From: an uncultured Actinomycetes bacterium
Lineage (GTDB): Bacteria > Actinomycetota > Thermoleophilia > Gaiellales > Gaiellaceae
Reading direction: 5' to 3'
Assembly (NCBI GenBank): GCA_963785895.1
Contig: CAWAXB010000006.1
Coordinates: 24,062-88,061 of the forward strand
DNA length: 64,000 bases
Positions within the stretch are counted from its first letter, which is position 1. Each line of letters opens with the position of its first letter. The notes under the pieces were generated by a model. That model did no database searches, had not been told where the DNA came from, and worked only from the letters and a program-made list of their open reading frames with translations. Positions 27,643-37,974 of this stretch are shown here, in pieces. The translations under genes and the position numbers were made by a program.

Positions 27643-29356
27643 TCACCTTGTCTCGTCGCTACGGCCGCGGCGCAGGACGCGGACGTCGCCGCGGCGCAGC
27701 GTCAGCCCGTCCGAGTCGTACCGCTCGAGCAGCAACTGCGCCGTGCGGCGGCCGACGCCGAGCGCGTCGCGGAACGACGGCAAGTGTGATCGGGTCGAGC
27801 GTCCGCAGCGTTGCGACGCCGCGTTCGTAGAGCTGCGGGGAGACGGCGAGCCCGTCGCCGACGCGGCGCAGCCGGCCGCGCTCCTCCAGGAAGGCCGCGA
27901 GCTGCTTGTCGCCCACCTTCACCGTCTCCTGCTGTGCGAGCTGCTGTTCGAGCTCCGCGGCCGCATCCGCGTGTTCGCCAAGGGCGGCGGACGCTCCCGG
28001 CAGGAATGCCTTGGCGTCGCGGCGCTCGAGCTGCAGGAGATTGAGCACGTGCGGTGCCCAGGGCTCGTTCGGCAGCAGCTCGGCGAGCGGGACGCCCGGG
28101 TCGAGCGGATTCGCGCGCGCTCGATCGCGCGAGTCGCGCTCGTACCTCCGTGCGGAGCGTCGAGAGCCACTGCGTTGGAGAAGTAGTGCTCTCCGGCGGC
28201 GCGGACCGCAGCGAGGCCCTGCGCCAGCTCGATCGGTGCGAGCACGCCGCGCGCCTGCAGCTCACGGCCGGAAACCGGCGCGTGCACCAGCATGCCCACG
28301 ATCTCGGTGGGATCGCCGCGCTCGAGCACCGTGAGACGCTCGAGGTCCAAGCCGCGGGGCGGCGCCGGGTCGAGCACGATGCCCCCACCGACGGTCGTCT
28401 CGGCGCGCAGCACGACACGGTCGCCGCGCGCGGCCGCCACCGGCTCGACGAGCCGGAGTTGTGCGTACGCGCCACTCCGCGTGAGCCGGGCCTGCACCGC
28501 CTTCGTGCCGGCGTGCACGGTGACGGCGGCGGGGATCTGCGCGAGCTCGGTGAGCTTCACGTCCAGCCGGTACGACACGGGATAGTGGCCCGACTCGACG
28601 AGCACGTCGCCGCGCGCGAGCTGCTGCCGCTCCAACGCGGGCAGGTTGACCGCGACGCGCTGTCCGGCCTCCGCCTCCGGTGACGGCGGCGTCGTGCACG
28701 TGCACGCTGCGCACGCGAACGGTGCGGCCGCTCGGCTCGACGCGCAGCACGTCGCCGGGCGCGATGCGTCCCGACCAGAGCGTTCCGGTGGCGATCGTGC
28801 CGACGCCCTGCAGCGTGAACACGCGGTCGACATACAGGCGCGTTGCACGCTCGGCGTCTCGTTCCGCCGCGGGCACGCGCGCAAGGGCGGCGCGCAGCTC
28901 GTCGAGCCCGGCGCCGGTCTTCGCCGAGACGGCGACCACTTCGGCGCCCGGGACGAGCTCGCGCGCCTCGTCGATCGCGAGCGCGAGCGTCTCTGCGTCG
29001 ACCGCATCGGCTTTCGTGACCGCGACGACACCCTGGTCGACGCCGAGCAGCCGCAGGACGGCGAGATGCTCGTGCGTCTGCGGGCGCGCGCCCTCCTGCG
29101 CGTCGATCACGAGCAGGAAGAGGTCGATGCCGGTGGCTCCGGCGATCATCGTGCGCACGAACCGCTCGTGGCCGGGCACGTCGACGAGCGAGAGGCGTCG
29201 CCCGTCCGGCAGCTCGAGCGGGGCGTAGCCCAGGTCGATCGAGATTCCGCGCGCCTGCTCTTCGGGCAGCCGGTCGGTGTCCTTGCCCGTGAGCGCGCGC
29301 ACGAGCCACGTCTTGCCGTGGTCGATGTGGCCGGCCGTGCCGACCGTCAGCGGCAT
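27643..29356 (-). pseudogene. selB: selenocysteine-specific elongation factor SelB, at least 3 frameshifts as assembled
   Basis: [24 protein letters not shown]...DVPGHERF...VAVTKAD. Domains continue in two other frames (ORFs 27919-29031 and 27659-28048), plus a last shift to the tail FRDALGVGRRTAQLLLERYDSDGLTLRRGD. Confidence 0.85.
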
Positions 29357-30633
29357 GCGCGAACCGCGGCGGCGACCTCGTCGAGCTCGCCGTCCGCGAG
29401 CGTGCGGCAGTCGAGCAGCAGGCGGCCGTCGCGGACGATCCCGATCACCGGCGGCTCGCTGGTCGCGCAGCGCGGCCGCGAGCGACTCCTCGACCGCGCA
29501 GGCGAACGACGGCAGCTCGGCGAGCGGCAGCGCGCCGCCGCCGACGCGGCCGACCGTCTCCTCGACCTCGCCGCCGACGCGCGCCGCGAGGCGCTCGGCG
29601 CGCGCGCGGACGGCTCGCGACGTCCTCGTGCAGCATCCGCAGCACCGGCACCTCGCGCAGCGCGCGTTCCGGCTCGAGATAGAGCAGCAGCGTTCCCTCG
29701 AGCGCCGCGAGGCCGAGCTTGTCGATGCGCAGCGCGCGGTGCAGCGGATGGCGCCGCAGCCGCTCGACGAGATCGGCGCGTCCGACGACGATGCCCGCCT
29801 GCGGCCCGCCGAGCAGCTTGTCGCCGCTGAAGCAGACGAGATCGGCGCCGGCCGCGAGCGACGCGCGCGCGCGTCGGCTCGTCGGCGATGTCGACGAACG
29901 CGCCCGAGCCGAGGTCGTCGAGCAGCGGCAGCTCGGCGCGGCGAGCGACCGCGGCCAGCTCGTTCAGCGTCGGGCTGCTCCGCGAAGCCGACGACGCGGA
30001 AGTTCGACTGGTGCACGCGCAGGAGCAGCGCCGTGTCCGGCGCGACCGCGCTGCTCGTAGTCGGCCGCACGCGTCCGGTTCGTCGTGCCGACCTCGACGA
30101 GCCGTGCGCCGGAGCGGCGCGAGCACGTCGGGGATGCGGAAGCCGTCACCGATCTCGATCAGCTCGCCGCGCGAGACGAGCACCTCGCGCCCTTCGGCGA
30201 GCGCGGCGAGCGCGAGCAGCATCGCCGCCGCGTTGTTGTTGACGACGATCGCCGCTTCGGCGCCCGTCAACCGCCGCAGGATCGCGGCGACGTGGTCCTG
30301 GCGCGAGCCTCGCGAGCCCGTCGGCGAGGTCGTACTCGAGGTTCGAGTAGCCGCGGCCGACGGCGACGCATGCGCTCGACCGCGCGGTCGGGAGCGGCGC
30401 GCGGCCGAGGTTCGTGTGCACGACCACGCCGGTCGCGTTCAGGACCCGCCGGAGAGCAGGGCGCGCGCGCGCGCGCCAGCTCGACTCGAGCGCACCGTCA
30501 GATCGCCGGGGTCGGCGCCTGCGCGGATCTCCTCCCGCGCTCGCGCCAGGACCATGCGGGCCGCGTCGACCGCGAGCGGGTCGGCGCTGCTCCGGGCCAG
30601 CTCGTCGACGGAAGGGAGGTCGCGCAGCTCCAC
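29347..30633 (-). pseudogene. selA: L-seryl-tRNA(Sec) selenium transferase SelA, at least 5 frameshifts as assembled
   Basis: The fragments [62 protein letters not shown]...[20 protein letters not shown] and [18 protein letters not shown] are scattered over three frames. The stop overlaps the selB start by 10 nt. Confidence 0.8.
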
Positions 30634-30695
30634 TCCGCCGGGCACGATACGCCCGATCGTCGTCGGCCGCCGAGGCCGCTGCTTCACTGTTCGGG

Positions 30696-32386
30696 ATGAA
30701 GCGCGGCCGCTCATTCTCCTGGCGCTGATCCTGCTCGCGCTCGCGGCGGCGCGGTGCCGTGCGCGAAGTGCAGTACCACGGCGCGGCGAAACCCGGTGTG
30801 CATCTGCTCGGGATGGATGTCGGCGGCAAGTCGCGGGCCCAGATCGAGTCGGCGGTGCGCGCGCTGGGAGAACCGGCCGTCACCGTCCGCGCCGGCGGCC
30901 GCTCCTATCACGTCCCGCGGGGTTGGATCGTCACCGTCGACGCGCACGCGACGGCGACGCGGGCGCTCGCCGCGGGGACGCCCGTGTCGCTCCTCGTGCC
31001 GCGAGCGGTCTCGGTCGAGCCCGTCGCCGGGAGCTCGGCGAGCGCGCAGAACATTCTCGGCGAGATCGCGAAGGCAGGCCGCCCTCCGGTGTCTGCGACA
31101 GTTGCAGTGCACGGGACGGACGTGACGATGGCGCCCGTCGCAGACCGGGCGCGAGCTCGACCGGGCCGCACTGCTCCGGCTGCTCTCAACCGATGCGCGA
31201 ACGATCGACGCGCCGTTCGTCGACGTTCGCCCGGCGATCGCCGACCCGGCGGCACGTAGCGCTGCGTCGACGGCGCGGCTGCTCCTCTCGCGGCCGGTCG
31301 CGATCACGTACCACGGCGCGCGGCTGGGCGCGCTGACGCAGCAGCAGCTCGCGCGTGCGCTGCAGATCCGGCCGCGCAAGCATCGCTTCGCGGTCGGGTT
31401 CGATCCTGGTCTGCTGGCGCGCGCGGTCAGGCCGCGGCTCGGCAAGTGGGTGCGGCGGGCGCACAACGCCCAGTTCGCAGTCTCGGGTGACCGCGTGCAC
31501 GTCGTGCCGTCGAAGCCCGGCCGCGACGTCGACCCGCTGCAGCTCGCGGTGGCCGTGACGAAGGCCGCGCACGGCAGTCACCTGGCGCAGGTGGAGCTTG
31601 GTGCGAGCGACGCGGAGCTGACGACCGCCAAGGCGAACGCCCTCGGGATCCGCCAGAAGCTCGTCTCCTACACCACGCAGATGGGCGTGTCGTCGTCGAA
31701 CCGCATCCACAACGTGCATCTGATGGCCGACTTCATCGACGGCACGGTGATCGGTCCCGGCGAGACATTCTCGTTCAACGACGTCGTCGGTGAGCGCACC
31801 GCCGAGCGTGGCTTTCTCGAGGGGCAGGAGATCATCGGCTCGCTCGTGCTCCCGTCGATCGGCGGTGGCGTCTGTCAGACGGCGACGACGTTGTTCAACG
31901 ATGCGTTCGAGCTCGGCCTCCCGATCCTCGCCCGCACCAACCACAACCTCTACCTGGCCCATTACCCGATCGGTCGCGACGCGACGGTCGCCTGGGGAGG
32001 CCCCGACTTTCGGTTCCGCAACGACCTGAAGCACGGCCTCCTGATCAAGACGTCGTACACCGACGCGACGCTCACATTCACCTTCTACGGCACACCGGAG
32101 CACCGGAAGGTCGTCTCGACGACAGGCCCGATGACGAACTGGACGAGGCCCGTCGATGAACTACGCCGTCGACCCGAACGCGCCGCGCGGCTCGGTAAAG
32201 GTCGTGGCGGGCACCGGCGAGAAGGGCTTCGACGTCGCGGTGACGCGCGACGTCTACGACGCCTCGGGGAAGCTGCTGCGCCACGACGACTTTCGCTCGC
32301 ACTACATCCCCGACAGCCCGACCACCGTCTACGGCCCGGGCAAGACGCCGCCCGGCCCGTACATCGTGATTCCCACGACGATCTGA
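30696..32386 (+). pseudogene. VanW-family protein with N-terminal TM anchor and C-terminal G5-like domain, several frameshifts as assembled
   Basis: MKRGR / [15 protein letters not shown] anchor. FSFNDVVGERTAERGFLEGQEI...GGGVCQTATTLFNDAFELGLPI...YPIGRDATVAWGGPDFRFRND. Tail ORF 32156-32386. Confidence 0.75.
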
Positions 32387-32453
32387 GACGGTCTGGACCT
32401 CACGTGCTGCGCCCTCCGCGGCACAAGCCAGGTGTCTCGCTGCGGCGTTTCGC

Positions 32454-33134
32454 CTACGCCGCGGGCTCGTCGGCGCAGCGCTCGTCGTAGCGGTCGAGCA
32501 CGTAAGCGACCGCCACATCCGGATCGTCGGTCAACTCGAGCAGGCCGAGGTCGGCGGCCGAGATCATCCGCTCGCCGAGCAGCTTGTCCGTGATCCAGTC
32601 GAGCAGGCCGCTCCAGTAGCCGGAGTCGAAGAGGACGACCGGAAAGTGCTTGATCTTCCCGGTCTGGATCAGGGTCAGGGCCTCGGTCAGCTCGTCGAGC
32701 GTGCCGAAGCCGCCCGGGAAGATCACGAACCCCTCGGCGGGGCGGACGAAGCAGACCTTGCGCGCGTAGAAGTGGTCGAAGGTGTGGTCGATGTCGAGAT
32801 ACGGGTTCGGCGCCTGCTCGTGCGGCAGTTCGATGTTGAAGCCCACCGAGAGCCCGCCGCCTTCTCGAGCACCGCGGTTGGCGCCTTCCATCACGCCGCC
32901 GCCGCCGCCGGTGATCACGGCCCAGCCGGCTTCCGCGAACTTCCGGCCCACGACCCGTGCGCTCTCGTACGGCTTGCTGCCCTCGGCGACGCGCGCCGAG
33001 CCGAACAACGTCACCGCCGGCCGGTCGATGCGCGCAACCTGCTCGAACCCGGCCCGCAGCTCGGCCGCGATCTTCTTCACATCCGCGTCGATCTCGAACG
33101 TCGGATGGTCGAGGATCTTCCGGTCGGTGCTCAC
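32454..33134 (-). CDS. LOG-family (TIGR00730) nucleotide phosphoribohydrolase
   Basis: VTLFGSAR...ITGGGGGVMEGANRGA...FPGGFGTLDELTEALTLIQTGK. The GTG overlaps the upstream stop (GTGA). Confidence 0.85.
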   Translation of the reverse strand: MSTDRKILDHPTFEIDADVKKIAAELRAGFEQVARIDRPAVTLFGSARVAEGSKPYESARVVGRKFAEAGWAVITGGGGGVMEGANRGAREGGGLSVGFNIELPHEQAPNPYLDIDHTFDHFYARKVCFVRPAEGFVIFPGGFGTLDELTEALTLIQTGKIKHFPVVLFDSGYWSGLLDWITDKLLGERMISAADLGLLELTDDPDVAVAYVLDRYDERCADEPAA

Positions 33135-33790
33135 AGGCGATGCTGCGGCACGTGGGCGGCGAACATCCCGACGATGAGCGCGAGCGCCGTGCCGAAGTAG
33201 AGGACGTAGGCAACGGTCGCCTTGTTGCCGCCGCCGCCGAGCCGGAGGAAGCGGGCCGAGCGCCACACCGCGCCGCCGTCGAGAATCCCGAAGGGCAGCA
33301 GGTTGAACAGGTTGAGGAAGAAGCCGAAGTAGGCGAGCGCCAGCATCAGGTCGGAGCCCTGCGAGCGGCCGATCAGGTAACAGGCGAGCGCGGTGAGACC
33401 ACCGAGGATCGGCCCGGCGATCGCGACGCGCACCGTCTGCCACGGATGTCCGCGCGTGTACTGCACGTACGCGCCGAGAAACGGCACGAACACCGGTAGC
33501 TTCGGGTTCAGGCCCTCGCGCTTCGCCTCCAGATAGTGGCCCAGCTCGTGCAGCAGGATCAGCGCCACGACCCCGACGCCGAACTTCCAGCCCCAGATCA
33601 GCGCGTAGGCGCCCATGGCGATGAAGATGCTCCCCGCCTTCACGAGCACGAACGACCACTTCGCGAGTGCGATCGCGCCTGCCACGACCGGGCCGACGAG
33701 CCGTCTGAAGGTGGCGCGCCAGTTCGTGCCGTGGGGCTGGATCGGGTCGTAGTCGCGGTAGGGCTCGGTCACGATCCTCTGCCGATCCAT
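33131..33790 (-). CDS. site-2 protease (peptidase M50) family membrane metalloprotease
   Basis: LLHELGHYLEAKREG and NLFNLLPFGILDGG motifs, multi-TM. Confidence 0.8.
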   Translation of the reverse strand: MDRQRIVTEPYRDYDPIQPHGTNWRATFRRLVGPVVAGAIALAKWSFVLVKAGSIFIAMGAYALIWGWKFGVGVVALILLHELGHYLEAKREGLNPKLPVFVPFLGAYVQYTRGHPWQTVRVAIAGPILGGLTALACYLIGRSQGSDLMLALAYFGFFLNLFNLLPFGILDGGAVWRSARFLRLGGGGNKATVAYVLYFGTALALIVGMFAAHVPQHRL

Positions 33791-34401
33791 TCCTCGCCGC
33801 CCGCGTAGACCTCTTTCTTCCAGAGCGGCACGCGCTCCTTGAGCTCGTCGATTGCGTCTTTGCACGCGGCCAGCGCGTCCTGGCGGTGCGGGGCCGACAC
33901 CGCGATCACGACCGAGGTGTCGCCGATCGCGCAGCGGCCGACCCGGTGATGGATCGCGACCGAGCACAGCTCGTAGCGCTTGCCGAGCGTTGCGGCGATC
34001 TCCTCCATCACGCGCTCGGCCATTCCCGCGTAGGCCTCGTAGTCGAGGTAGCGAACGTCGCGCCCGCGTGAGTTGATGCGCGTCGTGCCCGTGAACGTGG
34101 CGATCGCCCCGGCGCGTTCGTCGCGCACCTCGTCGACCGCGCGGTCGAGCGACAGCGGCTCGTCGCTGAGCAGGAATGCCCCGCCCGAGACGGGTGGGAT
34201 CAGGGCGACCTCGTCGCCGTCGGCGAGCGGCAGGTTCCGCTCGGCGTACTCCTTGTTGACCGCGTAGAGCAACCCGCCCGGTTCGTCGCCGAGGCCAAGC
34301 GCGGGCCAGACGTCCGCGACCGTCACCGCCTCGCTCTCGCGCTGCGACCAGCCGGCGCGCTCGCGTAGGCCGGCGAAGAGGCGAACGGTCACCGTCGCCA
34401 T
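33769..34401 (-). CDS. moaE: MoaD-MoaE fusion (molybdopterin synthase sulfur carrier + catalytic subunit)
   Basis: The MoaD-like part ends in ALIPPVSGG. It is followed by MoaE-like [11 protein letters not shown]...[11 protein letters not shown]...IAVSAPHR...[11 protein letters not shown]. Confidence 0.8.
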   Translation of the reverse strand: MATVTVRLFAGLRERAGWSQRESEAVTVADVWPALGLGDEPGGLLYAVNKEYAERNLPLADGDEVALIPPVSGGAFLLSDEPLSLDRAVDEVRDERAGAIATFTGTTRINSRGRDVRYLDYEAYAGMAERVMEEIAATLGKRYELCSVAIHHRVGRCAIGDTSVVIAVSAPHRQDALAACKDAIDELKERVPLWKKEVYAGGEEWIGRGS

Positions 34402-34685
34402 GCGATCCCCCAGTCGTGGTGACCGTAGTAGCCGATCGAATAGCCAAGGTTCGCGAGCGGGCCGAACAGCTTGCGGGCGTGGAGCACCATCGCCCGACCG
34501 TAGCCGTTCCGCTCGCGAACGAAGGCGAGCGAGTTTCCGTCAGGCGACCAGACCGGCTCCTCGTCCGCCCAGCCCGGCGGCGGCACGTCCCCGCTCAGGT
34601 GCGGGCAGGCAGCTCGGGGCGGAGCGCCGGCTGCGGCGGTGGCCGGGGCAACCAGAGCGAGGAGCGCGAATGCGAGGACCCGCAC
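34389..34685 (-). CDS. small secreted protein with one PD40/TolB-like repeat
   Basis: Signal peptide [20 protein letters not shown], then [13 protein letters not shown]. Overlaps the moaD/E start by 13 nt. Confidence 0.4.
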   Translation of the reverse strand: MRVLAFALLALVAPATAAAGAPPRAACPHLSGDVPPPGWADEEPVWSPDGNSLAFVRERNGYGRAMVLHARKLFGPLANLGYSIGYYGHHDWGIAWRR

Positions 34686-34705
34686 GTCGCGAGCATACTT
34701 CGGGC

Positions 34706-36286
34706 GTGGCAGCGACCGATCGGCGCGAGACGGAATCCGGGATCGAGGTGAAGCCGGTCTACACAGCTGCCGACGCCTCGGGTGCGCTCGAGGCGCCCGG
34801 CGAGTATCCGTATACGCGCGGGCCGTATCCCGACATGTATCGCGGCCGCCCCTGGACGATGCGCCAGTACGCGGGCTTCGCCTCGGCCGAGGAGTCGAAC
34901 GAGCGCTACCGCTACCTGCTCGCGCACGGGCAGACGGGCCTGTCGATCGCGTTCGACCTGCCGACGCAGCTGGGCTACGACTCCGACGATCCGCGCTCGC
35001 TCGGCGAGGTCGGGCGCACCGGCGTCGCGATCGACTCGATCGCCGACATGGAGATCCTGCTCGCAAACATTCCGCTCGGGGACGTCTCGACGTCGATGAC
35101 GATCAACGCACCCGCATCCTTGCTGCTGCTCCTCTACGAGCTGGTTGCCGAGCAGCAGGGGGTGGCGAGCGCCGCGCTGCGTGGGACGGTGCAGAACGAC
35201 ATCCTCAAGGAGTACATCGCCCGCGGGAACTACGTCTTCCCGCCGAGGCCGTCGATGCGGTTGACCACCGACCTGTTCGCGTACTGCGCGGAGCGGATCC
35301 CGTCGTGGAACACGATTTCGATCTCCGGCTATCACATCCGCGAGGCCGGCTCGACAGCGGTGCAGGAGCTGGCGTTCACCCTCGCGAACGGGATCGCCTA
35401 CTGCACGGCGGCCGTCGACGCCGGGCTGTCGCCCGACGATTTCGGCGCCAGGCTGTCGTTCTTCTTCAACGCGCACAACGACTTCTTCCAGGAGGTCGCC
35501 AAGTTCCGTGCGGCGCGCCGGTTGTGGGCGCGGATCATGCGCGAACGGTTCGGCGCAACCAACCCGAAGGCGCTGGCGCTGCGCTTCCACGCGCAGACCG
35601 GCGGCTCGACGCTCACCGCGCAGCAGCCGGAGAACAACGTGGTGCGAGTCGCGATCCAGGCGCTGTCTGCGGTGTGCGGCGGCGCGCAGTCGCTGCACAC
35701 GAACTCGTTCGACGAGGCGCTGGCGCTGCCGACCGAGCACGCGGCGACGCTCGCGTTGCGGACGCAGCAGATCCTCCAGGCCGAGGCCGGCACGACCGCC
35801 ACCGTCGATCCGCTCGGCGGCTCGTTCTACATCGAGTCGCTCACCAGCGAGCTCGAGGCGCGCGCCTGGGAGCTGATCGAGCGCGTCGACGAGATCGGCG
35901 GCGCCGTCGAGGCGGTCGAGCGGGGTTTCATCCAGTCGGAGATCGAAGACGCGGCCTACCGCTGGCAGCAGCAGATCGAATCGGGGGAGCGTCCGATCGT
36001 CGGCGTCAACGTCTACGCCGCCGAGTCGGAAGCGCCGATCGAGCTGCAGCAGATCGATCCCGATGCCGAGCGCAAGCAGCTCGAGCGCACCGCGAAGGTG
36101 CGGGCCGGGCGCGACGCCGGCGCGGCGGCTGGTGCGCTGGAGCGCGTCCGCGAGGCCGCGCGCGGAACCGAGAACATGCTCTGGCCGATGCGCGAGGCGC
36201 TGCAAGCGCGCTGCACGATCGGCGAGATCTGCGGCGTGCTGCGCGGCGAGTGGGGCGAGCACGACCGGGAACGCACCGCGCTGTGA
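34706..36286 (+). CDS. methylmalonyl-CoA mutase-family acyl-CoA mutase, catalytic (large, N-terminal) subunit only
   Basis: [57 protein letters not shown]...TMNAP-like TINAP...GYHIREAG...[18 protein letters not shown]. It ends before any B12-binding domain. Confidence 0.88.
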   Translation: MAATDRRETESGIEVKPVYTAADASGALEAPGEYPYTRGPYPDMYRGRPWTMRQYAGFASAEESNERYRYLLAHGQTGLSIAFDLPTQLGYDSDDPRSLGEVGRTGVAIDSIADMEILLANIPLGDVSTSMTINAPASLLLLLYELVAEQQGVASAALRGTVQNDILKEYIARGNYVFPPRPSMRLTTDLFAYCAERIPSWNTISISGYHIREAGSTAVQELAFTLANGIAYCTAAVDAGLSPDDFGARLSFFFNAHNDFFQEVAKFRAARRLWARIMRERFGATNPKALALRFHAQTGGSTLTAQQPENNVVRVAIQALSAVCGGAQSLHTNSFDEALALPTEHAATLALRTQQILQAEAGTTATVDPLGGSFYIESLTSELEARAWELIERVDEIGGAVEAVERGFIQSEIEDAAYRWQQQIESGERPIVGVNVYAAESEAPIELQQIDPDAERKQLERTAKVRAGRDAGAAAGALERVREAARGTENMLWPMREALQARCTIGEICGVLRGEWGEHDRERTAL

Positions 36287-36311
36287 GAGCCTCTAACGTG
36301 CGGCAACCGGC

Positions 36312-37301
36312 ATGAAGATCCTGCTCGTCTCGCAGATGTACCCGGGCCCGGACGACCCCGACCTCGGCTCGTTCATCGCCCAGCAGGAGCGGGTGCTGCG
36401 CGAGCGCGGGCACGAGATCGAGCTCGCCGTGCTCGACCGGCGCGCCGGTGGCAAGGCGCGCTTCCTCGAGCTGCGGCGGCGCGTCAACAGGTCAGGCAGG
36501 CCAGATGTCGTGTGGGCGCACTTCCTCGTTCCGTCGGGGCTCTTCGCGGCTCGAGTCGATGCGCCGCTCGTCGTCACCGCGCACGGCCGTGATGTCCGGA
36601 ACATCGGCAGCATCCCGGGGATCGCAGCGCTCACCCGCCGCGTCGTGCGGCGCGCGAGCACCGTGATCGCCGTATCCCACTACCTGCGTCGCGAGCTCGA
36701 GGAGAAGGTGCCCGAGGCGCGCGGAAAGACCGAGGTCGTCGACTCCGGCGTCGACATCGAGCTGTTCGACGCCGTCGCGCCCGCCGCGGCGCTTCCGCAT
36801 CCTGCCTTTGTCCACGTGGGGACACTGACGGAGCGCAAGAACGTCGTGCGCCTGGCCGATGCGTTCGCCCGTTTCGGCCGCGGGTCGCTCACGTTCGTCG
36901 GCGACGGCCCCCTGCGGGGAGCACTCGAGGGCCGCGAGCGTGTGCGCGTCGTCGGGAAGATCGCCCACGATCGCGTGCCGGGCTGGCTGAGCGCCGCCGA
37001 CGTGGTCTGCGGGCCGGCACACATCGAGCCGTTCGGGCAGGCGCTGCTCGAGGCGATGGCCTGTGCGCGCACCGTCGTCGCGACGCGCATCGGCGGGCCG
37101 CCCGAGTTCGTGACGGACGGCGCCGGCATCCTGGTCGATCCGCTCGAGATCGGCGAGATGGCGCGAGCGCTCGAAACGGCGGCCGCGATGCCGTCGCCGA
37201 ACAGCGCTGCGCGCGAGGCCGCGCTCGCGCACGAGCTCAGGCAGCAGGTGAGCCGGGTGGAGGAGATCCTCCAGCGGGCGGTTCAAGACCGGCCAGCCTG
37301 A
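36312..37301 (+). CDS. glycosyltransferase family 4 (GT-B)
   Basis: MKILLVSQMYPGPDDP... and the C-terminal EPFGQALLEAMACARTVVATRIGGPPEFV motif. Confidence 0.8.
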   Translation: MKILLVSQMYPGPDDPDLGSFIAQQERVLRERGHEIELAVLDRRAGGKARFLELRRRVNRSGRPDVVWAHFLVPSGLFAARVDAPLVVTAHGRDVRNIGSIPGIAALTRRVVRRASTVIAVSHYLRRELEEKVPEARGKTEVVDSGVDIELFDAVAPAAALPHPAFVHVGTLTERKNVVRLADAFARFGRGSLTFVGDGPLRGALEGRERVRVVGKIAHDRVPGWLSAADVVCGPAHIEPFGQALLEAMACARTVVATRIGGPPEFVTDGAGILVDPLEIGEMARALETAAAMPSPNSAAREAALAHELRQQVSRVEEILQRAVQDRPA

Positions 37302-37467
37302 TCTCGACGAGCGGCCGCACTGCGTCGGCGAGCCCGTGCTCGCGGGCAAGTGCGAGCGCCTGCTCGTAGCTCGCGCGCACCTTGTCGTGCGAGACGCCCT
37401 GCTTCAGGCGGTTGTCGCCGGTCAGGAGCAGGTCGTGGATCTTTGCGCGAGCTTCCGTCTGGTCCAT
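37237..37467 (-). CDS. hypothetical small helical protein
   Basis: 76-aa ORF: MDQTEARAKIHDLLLTGDNRLKQGVSHDKVRASYEQALALAREHGL... The 3' end overlaps the glycosyltransferase by 65 nt. Confidence 0.35.
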   Translation of the reverse strand: MDQTEARAKIHDLLLTGDNRLKQGVSHDKVRASYEQALALAREHGLADAVRPLVEIRLAGLEPPAGGSPPPGSPAA

Positions 37468-37493
37468 CGGCGTGAGGCTACAATCCCCAGGTC

Positions 37494-37715
37494 ATGCTGC
37501 CGGTCTTCTCCGTCATCCACGTGCTGCTCTCGGTCGCGCTGGTCGGCCTGATCCTCATGCACTCGACGCGGGACGGTGGCCTCGGCGGCATGGGCTTCAC
37601 GCCGCAGTCGCAGGGCGGCACGCACATCGTGGAGCGAAACCTGACGCGTGTAACGGTGGTGTTCTCGGTGCTGTTCTTCGCCAACACCGTCCTGCTCTTC
37701 CGCCTGCTCCAATAG
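37494..37715 (+). CDS. secG: preprotein translocase subunit SecG
   Basis: 73 aa with two TM segments and a Gly-rich loop: LILMHSTRDGGLGGMGF...LTRVTVVFSVLFFANTVLL. Confidence 0.8.
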   Translation: MLPVFSVIHVLLSVALVGLILMHSTRDGGLGGMGFTPQSQGGTHIVERNLTRVTVVFSVLFFANTVLLFRLLQ

Positions 37716-37728
37716 CTTCGCGCAGGCG

Positions 37729-37757
37729 ATGACGGGGCGCCGGGCAGCGGCTACACT
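37729..37757 (+). promoter_or_regulatory. candidate promoter for tRNA-Leu
   Basis: ATGACG (37729-37734), a 17-nt spacer, then TACACT (37752-37757), 13 nt before the mature tRNA 5' end. Confidence 0.35.
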
Positions 37758-37770
37758 AGCCCCCGCTCAC

Positions 37771-37855
37771 GCGCTGGTGGCGGAATTGGTAGACGCGCTA
37801 GGTTGAGGGCCTAGTGGCCATTGCGGCCGTGGAGGTTCAAGTCCTCTCCAGCGCA
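37771..37855 (+). tRNA. tRNA-Leu (anticodon GAG)
   Basis: GCGCTGG.../...CCAGCGC acceptor stem, anticodon arm CTAGG-TTGAGGG-CCTAG, long variable arm, T-loop GGTTCAAGTCC. Confidence 0.9.
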
Positions 37856-37862
37856 CTGAGGA

Positions 37863-37893
37863 GCCGTCCCCCCGGGGGCGGCTTTTTGTTTTT
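37863..37893 (+). terminator. rho-independent terminator after tRNA-Leu
   Basis: GCCGTCCCCC/GGGGGCGGC hairpin followed by TTTTTGTTTTT. Confidence 0.8.
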
Positions 37894-37897
37894 GGCG

Positions 37898-37926
37898 TTG
37901 ACGGCGTCCGGAGGAGTCTCTACTCT
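37898..37926 (+). promoter_or_regulatory. lexA promoter
   Basis: TTGACG (37898-37903), a 17-nt spacer, then TACTCT (37921-37926). The SOS box starts 5 nt downstream. Confidence 0.6.
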
Positions 37927-37931
37927 GAGAG

Positions 37932-37945
37932 CGAACACACGTTCG
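37932..37945. promoter_or_regulatory. LexA operator (Cheo-type SOS box) of lexA
   Basis: CGAACACACGTTCG is a perfect CGAAC-N4-GTTCG, 30 nt upstream of the lexA GTG. Confidence 0.85.
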
Positions 37946-37974
37946 TCACCGTCAAACGACCTCGGAGGAGCAAG

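Noticed and set aside
34595-36262. 555-aa and 558-aa ORFs overlapping the mutase gene
   Set aside because: They are antisense or off-frame shadows of a clearly recognisable mutase ORF, with low-complexity Arg-rich translations.
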